DNA of 64,000 bases from Polyangiales bacterium (GTDB lineage Bacteria; Myxococcota_A; Polyangia; Polyangiales; Houyiibacteriaceae): positions 95,758 through 159,757 of the forward strand of contig JAXLYX010000009.1 of NCBI GenBank assembly GCA_046351215.1. The letters run 5' to 3'. The notes under the pieces are model-generated. The model did not search any database and had not been told where the DNA came from. It saw only the letters and a list, made by a program, of their open reading frames with translations. The translations under genes and the position numbers were made by a program. Each line of letters begins with the position of its first letter. The stretch's first letter is position 1. Below, in pieces: positions 28,001 through 36,184 of the stretch.

Positions 28001-29418
28001 AGGTGCGAGCGATCCGTGCCCGCCGAGAGATCGGCGACCACGACGAGGTCGAGACCCCTCGCGCTCGGCGGCGGCGTCGGGGGGCTGATGCGGAGCGGCA
28101 GGAAGAAGTAGTCGCTCTCCTCCTCGGCCGGCGCGGGGCCCGCGCGCGGATCGCGAGGCGGGGGCGAGTGATCCGCGCGGTACGCGTAGGTCGACGTGCC
28201 CTCTCCCTCGAGCTCGAGCACGAAGTCCGCGCGGGGCTGGAAGTCGCTCCGCCGGAGCACGACCCGATCTCCGTCCACGCGCGCGCCGTGGCCCGCGCGC
28301 ACGGCGGTGGCATTCGAGCCTCCGAGCTCGGCGACGAGAGCGAGCTCCTGGATCGGCGGCAGGTCGTCGGAGCCCGCCATCCGGTAGCGATAGACACGAG
28401 GTCCTTCGGGCGTCGTGCGCGAGAGCCACTCGGAGTAGCGGATGGCGATGCGCCGCGACTCGCCCGCCTGGATCGGGTAGATGCGCGCGCGGTACCGACC
28501 GGGGGCGTCCCACTCGAGGAGCGCGGGATCGAGGGTCGAGCCCCGATAGACCTGTGCCTCGTACGCGCGCGCCGCCTGCTGCTTCTCGCGGACGTAGCCG
28601 TCGACCATCCGGCCGTTCCGATCCACCGCGAAGCGGTGCAGCACGGCCTCGTCGGGGACGGCGATCCGGTAGATCCCCTCGACGGTCTCGCTCGCGGGGT
28701 TGAAGAAGACCTGCTCCACCTCGGTGATCGCGAGGTCGCCGACCACGCGCACCGTCACGCGCATGTCGCGGATCACGAGCGGCCAGCGCGCTTCGCCGAT
28801 GGCGTCCGGCACTCGGCCTTCGAGCACGCCGACTCCCTCGGCGGCTCGCGAGGCACGGGGTCCCGGCTCGGCGAGCCCGCCCGTCCAATCCGCCCAGAGC
28901 TGCTCGGCCCGCTCGGTCGCACGTCCGCCCTCGAGCCTCAGCTCTTCGCCCGCCCGTGCGACGCCGCGCGCTCCGCGGGCGACGTAGGCGACCTCGCCGC
29001 GGATCACGTGCACGACGGTCGCGGCGCCGGCGAGCTCGAGCGAGGCCTCGGCCGCCGAGAGGCGGAGGGTCCCCTGCGGGGTCTCGACGACGAGGGGAGA
29101 GCGCCCGCGCGCCCTCGCGTACACGCGTCCGGCCTCGAGCTTCAGCGAGGCATCGCCCGTCGGAACGAGGCGCGCGCCGCCGTCGACGAGGAGATCCCCG
29201 CCGTCGTCGAGGGTGACGCGCGCGAGGCCGCCCGACTCGACCCGCAGCGCGTCGTCGCGACCGGCCCGTGCGAACCGTGTCACCGCCGCGCCGTCGACCG
29301 TCGCGCGACCGCGGATCGACGCGACGGATGCGAGCGTCGCCCCGACGTCCTCCCCGATCGACCCCACGCATCCCGAGAGCGCGAGGACCAAGACAAGCCC
29401 CGTTCCGATGCGTCGCAT
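25084..29418 (-). CDS. giant lipoprotein, paralogue 2: FecR-like / VIT / VWA / low-complexity linker / TPR / DUF2135-like (1444 aa)
   Basis: - Lipobox: LVLALSGC. A GGAGGG Shine-Dalgarno sequence precedes ATG 29418.
- VIT: LVIRDMRVTVRVVGDLAITEVEQVFFNPASETVEGIYRIAVPDEA...YVREKQQAARAYEAQV.
- VWA: LDLVVVADLSAGTD...VVYVGDGSPT.
- A P/A/G/S-rich linker follows.
- TPR-like array: ARRRLGDLYRAHGWYDDAYRQYQTLATI.
- The stop overlaps the start of paralogue 1 as ATGA at 25084..25087. Confidence 0.85.
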   Translation of the reverse strand: MRRIGTGLVLVLALSGCVGSIGEDVGATLASVASIRGRATVDGAAVTRFARAGRDDALRVESGGLARVTLDDGGDLLVDGGARLVPTGDASLKLEAGRVYARARGRSPLVVETPQGTLRLSAAEASLELAGAATVVHVIRGEVAYVARGARGVARAGEELRLEGGRATERAEQLWADWTGGLAEPGPRASRAAEGVGVLEGRVPDAIGEARWPLVIRDMRVTVRVVGDLAITEVEQVFFNPASETVEGIYRIAVPDEAVLHRFAVDRNGRMVDGYVREKQQAARAYEAQVYRGSTLDPALLEWDAPGRYRARIYPIQAGESRRIAIRYSEWLSRTTPEGPRVYRYRMAGSDDLPPIQELALVAELGGSNATAVRAGHGARVDGDRVVLRRSDFQPRADFVLELEGEGTSTYAYRADHSPPPRDPRAGPAPAEEESDYFFLPLRISPPTPPPSARGLDLVVVADLSAGTDRSHLELGRTVIEALSTTLRPEDRIAIVAGDLAIRTVQGASDARLGPASRERVTRLLDGLSRMPSGGATDLGAMLVEAAGLLDPARPGAVVYVGDGSPTVGELGAGTLLERLARLPAPLRAYALAVGADANLELLSSLVRGGGLAERVETRAEAAEAALRLFAHASRPVVSRVEVDLGAGIDRLYPRGSRDVVLGDVLPIVGRVRGSVPSSVKVRGLFAGRPFEQRVTIETKSLEDEGDLRLRWASARLEQLLLSGAQRVEVADLGTRFGIITPFTSFYVPSAAELTELGPRARPLYERGALAEAPRVSMPWSLPAVIEWPLAGLLGLAGCSNESAAPERPTEQAQASSAPPSTVAPTSTTTPGAPAAAAPPAEAEEARSEAQAAADRAANVAAVNQPQAAAPMPEPAPASPVAATGSADGTTADAPAQGFGGLGLRGTGVGGGGTGEDSIGMGSIGTIGHGAGSASGSGYGRGAGVAPMRSTRSREARRAVDDLDANPYADERERAAPPPTSGTSAAIVATTVLVVGHDTRRCSDAAPLLLDARKGLWRERLANAYSAYDQAQVFERATRACETPTWRDRRVLLDLVLTRAGDVPGMIGVYRELSQAGARLYLRRAILARVRTPDDLRAARDAFGSGAADAALIEGELARATDEASKLRILRALAARFSFDLDLALRLLAALEHAGHKDEAMRVAEQLRGNPLADAGVRTAIGEMYLRFGDEAEARRVFSEIVEFAPNDELARRRLGDLYRAHGWYDDAYRQYQTLATIRPDDPTVNLLLAQAAAGAGRIDEALRLEQRLAETASPGGAEGAARTAMLWSSVRLAELRKTAREANDAERVRAYLAALRRGGMLRQASALRATLVWAHPDADLALYASHPGLSLTRPEDLAPEFGLEAFDVAEQEPGTYRFEVRRGAHDSLGSVDAKLVVVLREGARDERIAVFPLRFDATHRSFAFAVEGDAIRTATPTQPEAGR

Positions 29419-29609
29419 GCGAACGTCCCTCCCCGTGCCGCGTCATGTACGCGCGCGCCCCTGCCGGGGCACGGGCACTAGACGCCCGAAGCCGCCGGAA
29501 GTTCTGCCTGCCCCACCGAGTCCCGTTCCGGGTATCACGAGCGGCGCATCACGGTCGAGAGCCGGAGCGCATCCTCGCGCCCGGAGGGTCGGGGGTGTAG
29601 ATCGCTGGC

Positions 29610-30533
29610 ATGGGGAAGGGGGTCCGTGTCGCACCCGAGAGCACCTTGCGGGTCGCCGTCGAGGCGGCGATGCCGGCCATGCTCGCTGCGGTGCTCGCGC
29701 ACGAGGACGCGGCCCGCCGAGGGGAGGTCGAGGCGGGGATCCACGACATGCGGGTCGCCACCAAGCGGCTCCGAGAGGTCTTCCGGGTCTTCGCGCCCGC
29801 CTTCGAGCCCGAGGCCCATGCGAAGCGGCTCGCGCGCCTCGAGGGCCTCAACGATTCGCTCGGCCGGGTCCGGGACCTCGACGTGATGAGGGAGCGGCTC
29901 GGGGCCCTGCGCTCGCCGGCCGCCCGGCTCGTGCGCGAGAGCCTCGGACCCGAGCGGGACGAGGCCCATCGCGCCTTCGTCCGGATCCTCGACGCCTTCC
30001 ACCTCGACGGGGAGCCGGCGGCCCTCGGCGGGCTCGCCGAGCGGGCGGGGAAGAAGTCCCGTCTCGGGCCGGACGCACCGGTCACCGAGCTCGCGCGCCT
30101 CGCGATCGCGCGCCGGCTCGAGGTGCTCGGCTCGCGGCTCGAGGCCGTCGCCGAGGCGCCGAGCGAGCGCGCCCTCCACGAGCTCAGGATCGCGTCGAAG
30201 CGCATGCGCTACGCACTCGAGCCCTTCCGGAAGCTCCTGCCCGAGCCCCTGCGCGAGCTCCGCGCGCGGGTGGAGGAGCTCCAGGACGAGCTCGGCGAGC
30301 TGCACGACGACGACGTGCTCCGGGTGAGGGTCCTCCGAGCCACGCTCGCCGCCCGCCCGGACGCGAGGGAGCCCTACCTGCGCCTCCTCGCCTCCCTCGA
30401 CGCCACGAGGCGCTCGCGTCTCCCCACCGTCCTCGCGACCCTCGATCGCCTGAGGGGTCGGCGTGGCATCCTGCGCTACCGATCGTATATCCGGCGTGTG
30501 GGTTCGGGCTCCCGCCGGGGGCCGAAGCCCTAG
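29610..30533 (+). CDS. CHAD domain-containing protein
   Basis: It carries repeated conserved-His helices: GIHDMRVATKRLREVFRVF and LHELRIASKRMRYALEPF. It is transcribed divergently from the giant lipoprotein pair. Confidence 0.85.
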   Translation: MGKGVRVAPESTLRVAVEAAMPAMLAAVLAHEDAARRGEVEAGIHDMRVATKRLREVFRVFAPAFEPEAHAKRLARLEGLNDSLGRVRDLDVMRERLGALRSPAARLVRESLGPERDEAHRAFVRILDAFHLDGEPAALGGLAERAGKKSRLGPDAPVTELARLAIARRLEVLGSRLEAVAEAPSERALHELRIASKRMRYALEPFRKLLPEPLRELRARVEELQDELGELHDDDVLRVRVLRATLAARPDAREPYLRLLASLDATRRSRLPTVLATLDRLRGRRGILRYRSYIRRVGSGSRRGPKP

Positions 30534-30563
30534 TATGCTCCCCGGCCGACGAGGCAAGCGACG

Positions 30564-31832
30564 ATGGGATTCTTCCGCAAGCTCCTGGGCATGGAATCTG
30601 CCGCGGAGATCGAGACCGAGGCGAACGGGCTCTTCGAGAAGGGCGAGTTCGGGCTCGCGAAGCTCCGCTACGAGAACGTGCTCGACAAGCTCGGTGCGGA
30701 AGCGTCCGACGCCGATCGCGAGCGCGTGAAGGGGCGAATCACCGCGGCCCGCAACGCGATCGCGGATCAGCGCCTCGTCGAGGGCGAGCGTCTCCTCGTC
30801 CACGGCCGGCCGGACCTGGCCGAGCACGAGGTCCGCGGCGCCCTCGAGGTGGCGGTCGACGAGGCCCTCCTCGCCCGCGGCGACGAGCTGCTCACGCGGA
30901 TCGAGGCCTACGAGGCCTACGCGCAGGAGCAGGATCCCGCCGACCTCTCGGACGAGGATCGCCTCGCCCTCATCACCGGCGAGTACACGGACGACCAGCA
31001 GATCGAGTACGCCGAGCTCGGCGACGAGGCCTTCGACGCCGCGCTCGAGCTCCACAAGGGGCATTTCGTGCGCGCCCGCGAGCTCCTCGAGGGGCTCGTC
31101 GAGACGGCCGACTCCCCGCGCTGGCTCTACCGCGACCTCGCGCGGGCGAGGCTCCACGTCGGCGACGGCGAGGGCGCCGAGCAGGCCTACCGCGAGTTCC
31201 TCGAGCGCGTCGGCGCGGACATCACGCCCGAGGCCCGGCTCGAGGCCCACGTCGAGCGCGTGCGTCTCCTCGACGCGCGCGGCGACTTCGAGGGTGCGAT
31301 GGCCGAGCTCGAGCGCGCCATCGACTCGGCCGGCGACGATCCGCGTCCGTTCATCACGCTCGGTCAGTATTTGCGCCTCCAAGGACATCCGCGCGAGGCC
31401 ATCGAGGTCCAGCGCGTGGCCCAGCGCCTGACGGGCGAGCGCGTCGACTGGCTCATCCTCCAGGAGCTCGGTCTCTGCCTCCTCGACGCCGGCGACGAGG
31501 CCGGAGGTCAGCAGGTGCTCGAAGAGGTGGAGAAGCTCTTCACCGCCCAGGGAAGGTTCGATCTCCCGGTCGACACGGGCGTCGCGCTCGCGAAGCTGCA
31601 CGAGAGGCACGGTCGTTTCGAGCGCGCGGCGGATCTCTACCGACTGCTCTCGCGCGGAAGCGATGCCGCGCGCCGTCCCGTCTACTGCAGCGAGGCGGCG
31701 CGGCTCCTCGTCGAGTGCGGGCTGCCCGACGAAGCGCGGAAGATGCTCCGCCAGGCGATCTCGCTCGTCGCCGACGATGCCGACGCGAAGGCCTCGCTCG
31801 AGGCGAGGCTGGCTTCGATCGAGGCGGACTGA
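30564..31832 (+). CDS. TPR-like repeat protein
   Basis: 422 aa, acidic and all-helical in appearance. It has repeated 34-aa-like units (FEKGEFGLAKLRYENVL, ARGDFEGAMAELERAI, HERHGRFERAADLYRLL, ECGLPDEARKMLRQAI). Confidence 0.72.
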   Translation: MGFFRKLLGMESAAEIETEANGLFEKGEFGLAKLRYENVLDKLGAEASDADRERVKGRITAARNAIADQRLVEGERLLVHGRPDLAEHEVRGALEVAVDEALLARGDELLTRIEAYEAYAQEQDPADLSDEDRLALITGEYTDDQQIEYAELGDEAFDAALELHKGHFVRARELLEGLVETADSPRWLYRDLARARLHVGDGEGAEQAYREFLERVGADITPEARLEAHVERVRLLDARGDFEGAMAELERAIDSAGDDPRPFITLGQYLRLQGHPREAIEVQRVAQRLTGERVDWLILQELGLCLLDAGDEAGGQQVLEEVEKLFTAQGRFDLPVDTGVALAKLHERHGRFERAADLYRLLSRGSDAARRPVYCSEAARLLVECGLPDEARKMLRQAISLVADDADAKASLEARLASIEAD

Positions 31833-31839
31833 CGGCCGC

Positions 31840-32349
31840 CTAGTGCGGCCCGAGCGAGGACACGTCGGTCGCCCTCGCCAGCGTCTCGGGATCGAGCATC
31901 CACTGGAAGCGGCCGCGCTGACGGGCTCGCTCGTACTCGATGAGGCAGGCGCCGGCCGTCTGGAAGCCGGGGAAGCCCCGGAGGCCCGAGAGGTGACCCG
32001 CGAGCACGCGGATCTTCGGCTCGTGCGTCACGAGGACGAGTAGGTCGTCATCGCCCGCGTGATCGAGGGGAGAGAGCGCCTGGGCCGTCGTGCCCCGCTC
32101 GAGGGCGAGCGGCTCGTGCACCTCGAGCGGACCGGTGAACCCCGTCGTGTCGGCGAGGATCTCGGCCGTCTGCACGGCTCGCACGAGTGGGCTCGTGTAG
32201 ATGCAGGTGATCGGCAGCCCGAGCTCCGAGAGGGCGCGGCCGACGCGTCGCGCCGTGGCGCGACCGTCCGTCGTGAGCCATCGGACTTCGTCGGAGGAGC
32301 AGGCCACCTGGGCGATGGCGGCGGCATGGCGGACGAGCAGCACGCGCAT
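31840..32349 (-). CDS. histidine phosphatase family protein (SixA-like)
   Basis: The MRVLLVRHAAA start carries the RHA/G motif. IYTSPLVRAVQTAEIL and LLVLVTHEP supply the second catalytic His region. Confidence 0.82.
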   Translation of the reverse strand: MRVLLVRHAAAIAQVACSSDEVRWLTTDGRATARRVGRALSELGLPITCIYTSPLVRAVQTAEILADTTGFTGPLEVHEPLALERGTTAQALSPLDHAGDDDLLVLVTHEPKIRVLAGHLSGLRGFPGFQTAGACLIEYERARQRGRFQWMLDPETLARATDVSSLGPH

Positions 32350-32456
32350 GCCTGGAACCTACCAAGACACGTGGGCCTTGTCGCGTCGCCTCCCTCGCGC
32401 CCGCCCCGAAAGGTGCGGCGGCCCATCGGCGTCTGTTACCCTCTTCGAGGAGCCGA

Positions 32457-34343
32457 TTGGACGAAGTCGCGAAACACGCGTCGTTCCTCCCCGAGCCGCC
32501 CGCATCGGGCGCTTCCGAGGCGGTGACGCGCCCATCGGTCTACAGGCCCGCGCCCGCCCCCCCGGACCGCACCGGACTCCGGTTCACGAGGCGCTTCCAC
32601 CACGCGAACCCGCTCGGAACGCCGAGGGCGATCAGCTGGTTCGGCTTCCGCTCCTTCTGGGGTCATCTCCGCCACTTCATGGCGAGCGCCATCGCCACCG
32701 ACGACGTCGACACGCGCGATTGGATGGAGCCGACTCCCCCCCCGCAGTTCGCCGCCAAGATCTCGAACGAGCTCGGCGCCGAGCCCATGCATCCCACGCT
32801 CGTCGAGAACCTCGGTCGGGATCTCTTCGTCGACTTCGTCGCCGACACGGGCGACGACGGCATGGTCTCGTACGCGGTCGGAAAGATGCTGTTCCAACCG
32901 TATCGCCTCCCGGACCCGCGCGATCCCTCGCGCGAGATCGTCGCCGAGCGGGGCGACCTCCTCGTGCACGGCGGCGATCTCGCCTACCCCGTCGGCACCG
33001 CGAACCAGATCCAGGATCGCCTGCTCGCCCCGTGGAACGCGGCGCTGAAGACGCTCCCCGACGACGGTCGGCCGCGCGTGATGCTCGGCATCCCCGGCAA
33101 CCACGATTGGTACGACGGCATCGACGGCTACGCGCGCACGTTCCGCGAGCGCCACTTCAGCGAGGAGCCCGAGGCGCGCACCGAGACGACGGATGTCTCC
33201 TGGCTCGACACGAGCCTCCGCTTCGTCGGCAACCTGATCGCCGGTCAGACGATGCACCGCGCCCACGCGCTCGTGCTCCACGGGTACCGCACGGTGCAGC
33301 GCGCGAGCTACTTCGTGCTCCCGCTCCTGCCGAACCTCCATCTCTACGCGGCGGATCGACATCTCCGCAGCATCGACTACCGGCAGAAGCGCTTCTTCCT
33401 CGACTGGTGGAACCGCCACCCCGAGGCGGCGCGGCTCGTCGTGCTGCACGATCCCGTCCTGCCCTTCGGACGGCCGAGCCGCGACGGGCTGAAGGTGATC
33501 CACTCGCTGCGTCTCTCGCCGCAGTCCGAGAGCCACATGGTCCTCGCCGGCGACATCCACCACTACCGACGCGAGCGCGTCGGACAGGGCATCCACGTCA
33601 CGGCAGGTGGCGGCGGCGCGTTCCTCCATCCTTCTCCGATCAAGGCGGACGGCGGGCATCCGGCCGAGGTGCAATGGCCCGGTCCGAAGCAGTCGAAGCG
33701 CCTCCTCTCCGGAGTCCCGCTCCACGTGGCGCTCGGGCGCTCGGGGCACATCCCGCACGCCGTGATGACCGCGATCTCCGTGCCGATGCTCGGTCTCGGG
33801 GGCTACGAGCTCGGAGAGGTCGGGCTCGTCATCGCCTCGATCGTCTCGGGGCTGCTCGCCGCCGTCGTGATGGCGTTCATCGGAGGCGTCCGGAAGGGAC
33901 CGGCCTGGAAGATCGCGTTGCTCTCGGTCGCGGCCGGGCTCGCGACCGGCGCCGTGCCCGGGCTCGTCCTCGCGATCGTCGGGCGCCTCTTCGCCACGCT
34001 CTCGCTCGAGGCGAACACCTGGTTCTGGGGAGCCATCGCGCTCGTCAGCGCCGTCGGAACGGGAGGCTTCGTCTTCGGCACCTTCCTCGCGATGCTCACG
34101 TACCTCGGCTACGAGAACACGCAGGCCTTCACGGCCCTCGCGCATCCGGGCTTCCGGCACTTCGTGCGTCTCCGCGTGCGAGAGGACCAGAGCGGAGTCG
34201 ACGCGTGGTGCATCGGCCTCGAGGATCCCCTCGATCCCGAGAGCAAGCCGGTGGTCGTCGACTCGTTCGCCTGGGAGCTGCCGGGGAAGGGCGAGATGGC
34301 GAGACGGCTCTCGATCCCGCCGGCCGCGAGGCCGCCGGGCTAG
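32457..34343 (+). CDS. metallophosphoesterase with a C-terminal polytopic membrane domain
   Basis: The TTG start is uncertain. MPE motifs are FVADTGDDG, LLVHGGDLAYP, GIPGNHDWYDG and LAGDIHHYRR. After these come about four hydrophobic segments (VIASIVSGLLAAVVMAFIGG, IALLSVAAGLATGAVPGLVLAIVG, FWGAIALVSAVGTGGFVFGTFLAML). Confidence 0.8.
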   Translation: MDEVAKHASFLPEPPASGASEAVTRPSVYRPAPAPPDRTGLRFTRRFHHANPLGTPRAISWFGFRSFWGHLRHFMASAIATDDVDTRDWMEPTPPPQFAAKISNELGAEPMHPTLVENLGRDLFVDFVADTGDDGMVSYAVGKMLFQPYRLPDPRDPSREIVAERGDLLVHGGDLAYPVGTANQIQDRLLAPWNAALKTLPDDGRPRVMLGIPGNHDWYDGIDGYARTFRERHFSEEPEARTETTDVSWLDTSLRFVGNLIAGQTMHRAHALVLHGYRTVQRASYFVLPLLPNLHLYAADRHLRSIDYRQKRFFLDWWNRHPEAARLVVLHDPVLPFGRPSRDGLKVIHSLRLSPQSESHMVLAGDIHHYRRERVGQGIHVTAGGGGAFLHPSPIKADGGHPAEVQWPGPKQSKRLLSGVPLHVALGRSGHIPHAVMTAISVPMLGLGGYELGEVGLVIASIVSGLLAAVVMAFIGGVRKGPAWKIALLSVAAGLATGAVPGLVLAIVGRLFATLSLEANTWFWGAIALVSAVGTGGFVFGTFLAMLTYLGYENTQAFTALAHPGFRHFVRLRVREDQSGVDAWCIGLEDPLDPESKPVVVDSFAWELPGKGEMARRLSIPPAARPPG

Positions 34344-34346
34344 CGC

Positions 34347-34458
34347 GCGCGTGCACGAAGGGCGTGCACGTGGACGATGGGCCGTTCACGTGCACGTTCG
34401 GCCGTGCACGTGCGCGTGCACGAAGGGCGTGCACGTGGACGATGGGCCGTGCACGTGC
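34347..34458. repeat. intergenic tandem repeat carrying seven copies of the palindrome CGTGCACG
   Basis: A 39-bp unit, GCGCGTGCACGAAGGGCGTGCACGTGGACGATGGGCCGT, is identical at 34347..34385 and 34412..34450, a 65-bp period. The match extends to about 47 bp with one mismatch. CGTGCACG starts at 34350, 34363, 34389, 34403, 34415, 34428 and 34448. Confidence 0.9.
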
Positions 34459-34494
34459 TCGTCGGCTCGGCGCCTTCCTGCTACCTTCCGCCCG

Positions 34495-34911
34495 ATGGAG
34501 TCCACGGGGGGAGAACGTCGGTACTTCGTGCCGCGTTGGTACGTGAAGGCGGCGTACGCCGCGGCGGCGCTGCAGGTCGCGCTCGCGGGCATCGCGTACG
34601 CGGCGGGCGTCGGTCACCTCGCCCTCGTCTTCCTCGTCGGCGCGGGTCTCGTCGGGTACCAGGGTTACTGGACCGCGACGACGCCGATCGCACGCCTCGA
34701 CGACGAGGGGATCGAGCTCCGGCCCGCGCTGCTCGCGAAACCTAGGCACATCCGCTTCTCGGAGATCCGCTCGGTCTCGACCGTCGACGGGCTCTTCCTG
34801 CAATTCGATCTCGGTACCGATCGCGATCCGCGGATCCCGCTCACGGCGCTCTCGGAGCGTGACGCGCGCGAGCTCCTCGCGACGCTCCGCGAGAAGATCG
34901 GCGCGGGCTGA
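34495..34911 (+). CDS. small membrane protein with a possible bacterial PH-like C-terminal domain
   Basis: Track ORF 34351..34911 trimmed to MESTGGERRYF, because the upstream part only translates the repeat array. There are two hydrophobic helices (AAYAAAALQVALAGIAYAA and LALVFLVGAGLVGY). They are followed by IARLDDEGIELRP...IRFSEIRSVSTVDGLFLQFDLG. The PH-like call is tentative. Confidence 0.6.
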   Translation: MESTGGERRYFVPRWYVKAAYAAAALQVALAGIAYAAGVGHLALVFLVGAGLVGYQGYWTATTPIARLDDEGIELRPALLAKPRHIRFSEIRSVSTVDGLFLQFDLGTDRDPRIPLTALSERDARELLATLREKIGAG

Positions 34912-34959
34912 GGCACGGCGCATCGCGAAAGGTGCCTGCCGAGGGGTGGTCGCGGTCCG

Positions 34960-35670
34960 TCAGCTCGTCTGGCGAGCCGCCTCGATCGATCGTCGGATGC
35001 GCTCCTCGAGCCACTCGGCGCGCGCGTAGTTGTCGACGCTGCCCGGGAGGTGGCCTGGGAGGGCTTCGACGAAATCGGGGGTGTCGAGCCATTCGACGAA
35101 GGATTCCGCGAGGAATGCCCGGAGCTCGGCGCCGGCAGCTCGGATCTCGTCGAGGAGCTCGAGCCGACCGTCGAGGATGGCCACGATGTCCTCGATGTCC
35201 TTGCTCGCCAGGAAGTCACCGCCACCTCGACCCCGAAACGCCTCGATCTTGGTGGCCACGAAGTGCGGAGCATCGACGACCGGCACGCGGGCGCCGTTCG
35301 GGAGCTCCACCGACGACGCGGAAGCGAGGGCCGCTTCGTACCAGCGGTTCGCGAAGCCGAGCACGCGCGCGTCGGTGGGCATGATGTCGATGACGACCCC
35401 CTCGAGCGTCCAGCGGCAGAGGGGAGCGCCTTCGGAATCGTCCTCGCGTGCGCCGAGGCGGCGTAGCTCGGGCCCGAGAGACGTCGCATAGTCGGACATG
35501 TCTCGCACTTCCACGATGAGGTCGAGGTCGAGAGTCGCTCGCGGAGGCGCTGCGGCGGGATCGGTGACGAGCAGCCCCGTGGTCGCACCTCCGACGAAAG
35601 CGATTCGTCGGGGGAGGCTCGTGAGGCGTGCACTCACCGCCATGAGCATGTCGATCGAGTCGCGTGTCAT
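34960..35670 (-). CDS. pol-beta-superfamily nucleotidyltransferase, AbiEii/DUF1814-like
   Basis: This is the C-terminal 236 aa of track ORF 34960..36114, starting at ATG 35670. The NTase motif IAFVGGATTGLLV...RATLDLDLIV fits hGG...DxD. A second motif, ATKIEAFRGRGGGDFLASKDIEDIVAIL, resembles the K..A..R....[RK]D..D element of AbiEii toxins. Confidence 0.65.
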   Translation of the reverse strand: MTRDSIDMLMAVSARLTSLPRRIAFVGGATTGLLVTDPAAAPPRATLDLDLIVEVRDMSDYATSLGPELRRLGAREDDSEGAPLCRWTLEGVVIDIMPTDARVLGFANRWYEAALASASSVELPNGARVPVVDAPHFVATKIEAFRGRGGGDFLASKDIEDIVAILDGRLELLDEIRAAGAELRAFLAESFVEWLDTPDFVEALPGHLPGSVDNYARAEWLEERIRRSIEAARQTS

Positions 35671-36173
35671 GCGGCGAGCAGCTCGCGGAGCGCCGAGGCC
35701 GCGACGTCGCGTTCGCGCGCCGAACCGGCTCGGAGGGCATCCGTGACGGCCAGCAGGGCGTAGAGCTTCGGGTCGCGCGAAGCGGCCTTGGGCGCGCCCG
35801 GATACATCGGCTCGAGCGACTCGCCACGAACGGTTCCGGTGCGGTCGGGCCAGACCAGGGGGATCGCATCCCGAGACACGAGCCGGTCTGCGAGCGGAGG
35901 TGCGGAGGTTCCGGTGGGGAGCCCGCGGGCCATGGCGCCTCGCCTCGCAGGGAAGGCGTACCTCGCCCCGTGGACCAGGAACTCGAGGAGCGCGGCACGA
36001 ACGGGCCTGCGCGCGTCCGGCGTGAGCAGGCCGGACTCGATCGCGCGCTGGGCGCTCTCGTGTACGCCGGAGGCGCTCATCCCCAAGCTGGCGGCGAGGC
36101 CTGCGTAGGTCCACGGCTCGCCCGCCAAGGTCGCGACCTTGAGGGCGACGACGACGTCCTGGGGCTTGAGCAT
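35667..36173 (-). CDS. winged-helix DNA-binding protein, putative cognate antitoxin/regulator
   Basis: 168 aa. The N-terminus MLKPQDVVVALKVATLAGEPWTYAGLAASLGMSASGVHESAQRAIESGLL looks wHTH-like. Its stop overlaps the NTase start as ATGA at 35667..35670. Confidence 0.65.
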   Translation of the reverse strand: MLKPQDVVVALKVATLAGEPWTYAGLAASLGMSASGVHESAQRAIESGLLTPDARRPVRAALLEFLVHGARYAFPARRGAMARGLPTGTSAPPLADRLVSRDAIPLVWPDRTGTVRGESLEPMYPGAPKAASRDPKLYALLAVTDALRAGSARERDVAASALRELLAA

Positions 36174-36184
36174 GGAATCAGGCT

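Noticed and set aside
29430-29445. A GGCACG element upstream of the giant lipoprotein operon, considered as a sigma-54 -24 box.
   Set aside because: The expected TTGC -12 element at the correct spacing is absent. On the transcribed strand, GGCACGGGGAGGGAC is better explained as containing the Shine-Dalgarno sequence GGAGGG.
34347-34458. A possible CRISPR array.
   Set aside because: There are fewer than two full copies of a 65-bp unit. There are no unique spacers of regular length and no cas genes nearby. It is a palindrome-rich tandem duplication, not a CRISPR.
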